This document shows positions 59,900-62,762 of a stretch of DNA of 62,762 nucleotides, in pieces (the first letter of the stretch is position 1; the number at the start of each line of letters is the position of its first letter). Location: contig SVHI01000006.1 in NCBI GenBank assembly GCA_015055905.1, positions 1-62,762 of the forward strand, in the 5' to 3' direction. The notes beneath the pieces were generated by a model. The model was not told the DNA's origin. It did not search any database and saw only the letters and a list, made by a program, of their open reading frames with translations. The position numbers and the translations under genes are program-made. Origin of the DNA: Clostridiales bacterium. GTDB taxonomy: Bacteria > Bacillota > Clostridia > Christensenellales > UBA1242.

Positions 59900-60209
59900 T
59901 TATTTTAGAGTTGCTGGTTATAAGCCAGATGATGATTTTTGTTTTATTATAGATTCAAATGGCATGTTTGAAAAGAAATGGCAATTAAGTGCATTGTTAG
60001 TTTCAAAAGGTTTAAAGATTTTAAATATTACAACAGAAGAAGATATGCTTGATGTAAATATTGAAAAAGTTGAACATGATACTGAACATATATTTTTAAG
60101 AGCTAGTAAATTTGGCAAACCAGAAAATATCGATTATAAGTTGAACGATAAAATCTATAAAGCACTTCAAGTAGGTGATAAGATATACATACCAAATAAA
60201 AATAATTAA
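59892..60209 (+). CDS. Hypothetical protein
   Basis: RBS GAGGTG; last gene before the terminator. Confidence 0.65.
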   Translation: MSNYFRVAGYKPDDDFCFIIDSNGMFEKKWQLSALLVSKGLKILNITTEEDMLDVNIEKVEHDTEHIFLRASKFGKPENIDYKLNDKIYKALQVGDKIYIPNKNN

Positions 60210-60212
60210 AAG

Positions 60213-60244
60213 AAAAAGGCCACTTAAAAAAGTGGTCTTTTTTT
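60213..60244. terminator. Bidirectional terminator
   Basis: AAAAAGGCCACTT-aaaa-AAGTGGTCTTTTT. Confidence 0.8.
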
Positions 60245-60623
60245 ATGCCTTTTTAAAAATATCAAAAGGTGATGGATTAGTTGTATAAGCAATAGACTTT
60301 TTATCTTTATAAGTTTTCTTTTCATCTAACAAGACTGAAAAAGTAAACGATTCAATTATGTTATCAATGACCTCGATAAAATCTCTTTGATATAGTTTTT
60401 TAAATTCGCTTATATAAACGGGATTTTCATTAAAAAACTTAACAATAATATCTTCAACTTTATTTCTATTTTGTGTTCGAACTGAATCTTTTTCATTTTC
60501 TTCTGAATAAATCAAATCAATAGAAATCATTTCTTTCAATTCTAAAAATAAATCATTTACCATAAAGTTTAAAATACCCTCATTTGGGAAATAATATAGT
60601 AAAATATTTAATGAATTATCCAT
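60243..60623 (-). CDS. Hypothetical protein
   Basis: ORF with RBS AGGTGG. Confidence 0.55.
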   Translation of the reverse strand: MDNSLNILLYYFPNEGILNFMVNDLFLELKEMISIDLIYSEENEKDSVRTQNRNKVEDIIVKFFNENPVYISEFKKLYQRDFIEVIDNIIESFTFSVLLDEKKTYKDKKSIAYTTNPSPFDIFKKA

Positions 60624-60644
60624 AAACACCACCTATTCTAAATT

Positions 60645-60824
60645 TTACATTACATCAAACTGAATTTGTATCTTTTCTGGTTCAATGTAAGCGTTTTTTA
60701 TTGCATCTAAAACATAAATCTTAACATCTTCAACATTTCTAAGTTCAAGTTTAAAAAGCACATCTAATTCAGGTTCTCGACCATAACCAAAATCATGGTT
60801 ACGAACATAATCTTTACTATCCAT
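60645..60824 (-). CDS. Small hypothetical protein (59 aa)
   Basis: RBS AGGAG, MDSKDYVRNHDFGYGREPE.. Confidence 0.5.
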   Translation of the reverse strand: MDSKDYVRNHDFGYGREPELDVLFKLELRNVEDVKIYVLDAIKNAYIEPEKIQIQFDVM

Positions 60825-60873
60825 AATATCTCCTAAAATAACTCTAAATATCTTTATCTTTTGTATGAATCAA

Positions 60874-61011
60874 TTAAACTTTTGCTGTTATTTTTACCTT
60901 TGTATTATCAGCAAGTTCTACAATTAGTTCATTATCTTTTATGGTTATTGTATTCTTAATTTCTGCCATAAAATAAGTTACTAATGTTTGTAATACTTCA
61001 TTTGCATTCAT
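60874..61011 (-). CDS. Small hypothetical protein (45 aa)
   Basis: RBS AAGGAG, MNANEVLQTLVTYF..; divergent from the XRE regulator. Confidence 0.5.
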   Translation of the reverse strand: MNANEVLQTLVTYFMAEIKNTITIKDNELIVELADNTKVKITAKV

Positions 61012-61169
61012 ACTTTATACTCCTTTAATTTAATACATCTATTATATGTTCTCTTTTCTCCCCAATGCAAGTAAAAATGGGTAAAATCGGCAAGAATATA
61101 AAGGAGAAGTGATAACACTTCGTCTAATTATGTCGCATTTTGTCGAATTAAGTTTAAGGGGTAAAAATA

Positions 61170-61598
61170 GTGAACAGTTTTCAAGAGTCTTTAAAAGAAT
61201 TATTAGAAGATAATAAACTGAGTAGATTACAATTATCAAAAATTATTGGTGTTGATTATTCAACAATAAATGGCTATTTTAACAAGAACTATTATCCTCA
61301 ATTAGATATAGCAATGAAGATTGCTAAATATTTTAATTGTTCTTTGGATTATTTATATGGTTTATCTGATAATAAGAAAAATGAGAATAGTAATGATTTA
61401 CCATTTTATGATACATTGAATCATTTAATAAATGAAAGTAAATTATCTTTAAGACAAGTATTTAAAGATATGAAAGTGAGTATAGCAAATTATTTTAGAT
61501 GGAGAGATGGGGTAATTCCTAAAACATCTGTCTTAATTGATATAGCAAAATACTTTAATGTAGGTTTAGATTATTTGGTAGGGAATAAAAAAGACTAA
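61170..61598 (+). CDS. Tandem HTH-XRE transcriptional regulator
   Basis: Two Cro/C1 domains ending IAKYFNCSLDYL and IAKYFNVGLDYL. Confidence 0.88.
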   Translation: MNSFQESLKELLEDNKLSRLQLSKIIGVDYSTINGYFNKNYYPQLDIAMKIAKYFNCSLDYLYGLSDNKKNENSNDLPFYDTLNHLINESKLSLRQVFKDMKVSIANYFRWRDGVIPKTSVLIDIAKYFNVGLDYLVGNKKD

Positions 61599-61624
61599 CT
61601 TTAATAGTTAGTCTTTTTTACAAA

Positions 61625-62664
61625 TTCTTGGGAACAGCGTAAGGTTGCAGATTTAACAAACAGATTTGATAATTTAAGAATTCCAGTTACTGCCAATCAA
61701 AGAATTTCAGGAAAAACACCTTATTATGGTGCTAACGGTATTCAAGATTATGTTTCTGGATACACGCATAAAGGCGAATTTATTTTAGTTGCTGAAGATG
61801 GTGCTAATGATGTCAAAAATTATCCAGTACAATATGTAAATGGCGAAATTTGGGTCAATAATCACGCTCATGTATTGCAAAACAAACAAAATATAAGTAA
61901 TAATAAGTTCTTAAAATATTCAATTTCAAATGCTGATATTGAAAGTATTTTGGTAGGTGGAGGTAGAGCCAAATTAAATTCAGACGCTTTAATGAATCTT
62001 GAATTAAACACACCAGAATATAAAGAACAAGAAAATTTGGGTGAACTATTTTTGAAAATAGATAAGATTATCACCCTTCATCAGCGTAAGTAATTTAATA
62101 AAAATTAAGTGCAAACTATATGTTTGCACTTTTTTATTATTTCTTGGGAACAGCGTAAGGTTACTGAATTAGGCAAAATATCAATTGGTTTAGTTACTAC
62201 AATGACAGCACATTACACCGATAAAGGATACCTGCTTATAAGAAACTCCGATATTAAAGATGGTAGATTTGAATTTGGAGAAAATCCAATTTTTTTAGAA
62301 AAATCTTTCGCATTAAAAAATTCATCAAGAATGCATCAACTTGGAGATGTAATTACAGTTCATACAGGAGATGTTGGAACATCTGCTGTAATTACTGAAA
62401 ATGAAGTAAATTCCGTAGGTTTTGCTACAATTATTACAAGACCAGATACAAAGATTTTAACTTCAGATTATCTATGTTCATTCTTAAATACAGATAAGCA
62501 TAAAAAATGGGCTATTGGCGTTTCAACAGGAGATGGTAGAACAAATTATAATTTAGGTGATTATTATAATTGTATTGTTCCATTACCAGAAATAAAAGAA
62601 CAAGAAAAAATTAGTTGTTTTATAAAAGAATTAAACAATATTATCACCCTTCATCAGCGTAAGT
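61625..62664 (+). repeat. Direct repeats flanking the hsdS cassettes
   Basis: TTCTTGGGAACAGCGTAAGGTT at 61625 and 62141; ATTATCACCCTTCATCAGCGTAAGT at 62067 and 62640; shared core CAGCGTAAG. Confidence 0.9.
61626..62093 (+). pseudogene. hsdS: Start-less type I R-M HsdS target-recognition cassette 1
   Basis: [38 protein letters not shown]; no RBS or start, preceded by a terminator. Confidence 0.8.
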
Positions 62665-62717
62665 GCGAAAAATTAAAAAATATTAAAAAATCCCTATTAG
62701 AAAAGATGTTTGTATAA
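62142..62717 (+). pseudogene. hsdS: Start-less HsdS cassette 2 with conserved C-terminus
   Basis: [36 protein letters not shown]; GTG 62109 lies inside a terminator without RBS. Confidence 0.8.
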
Positions 62718-62732
62718 AAAAGGAGGTAAAAT

Positions 62733-62762
62733 ATGGCATTTAATGACGAATTATTGTTTGAA
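62733..62762 (+). CDS. Probable start of type I restriction subunit R (truncated by the window)
   Basis: RBS AGGAGG, MAFNDELLFE directly after hsdS; only 10 codons visible. Confidence 0.5.
   Translation, partial: MAFNDELLFE

Larger units (their letters stand above)
49985..62762. mobile_element. Integrative (ICE/IME-like) element, left part; extends beyond the window
   Basis: Terminal large serine recombinase, visible drop in GC, ArdA/PcfK/PcfJ, XRE regulator, type I R-M cargo. Confidence 0.8.

Noticed and set aside
61625-62664. CRISPR array from the hsdS repeats
   Set aside because: Repeats are ~500 bp apart and encode the WEQRK/LHQRK conserved HsdS regions; no cas genes seen

Overview
AT-rich bacterial chromosome segment, most likely an uncultured Clostridia/Bacillota genome (GGAGG ribosome-binding sites, TTGACA/TATAAT promoters, lipoboxes, standard code). 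Positions 1-~49.9 kb are a mosaic of mostly monocistronic housekeeping and accessory genes: nrdDG with NrdR-type boxes, initiator tRNA-Met, coaE, a FabG-like SDR, KtrAB-type K+ uptake, kdgK, an FSA/transaldolase, GNATs, methyltransferases, lipoproteins and many orphans. From ~50 kb to the window end lies a more AT-rich integrative element with a large serine recombinase, two mosaic cargo proteins, candidate small RNAs, a long hairpin heading an ArdA/PcfK/PcfJ anti-defence cluster, and start-less type I R-M hsdS cassettes before a probable hsdR. The strongest signals missed by the ORF track are in non-coding DNA: (i) a poly-Asn leader peptide (MFRLFNNNNNNNNLNSIF) coupled to two interlocking terminators ahead of an orphan operon; (ii) a second leader-peptide attenuator (MFKSTMLWHHQR) ahead of an ArgE/M20 hydrolase; (iii) a riboswitch-like leader ahead of a YjjX ITPase; (iv) a G10 tract in a lipoprotein promoter spacer. 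Also notable is a duplicated two-gene module of an enlarged PIN-like nuclease plus a small acidic partner. All family calls come from motif recognition by eye; no searches or folding programs were run.
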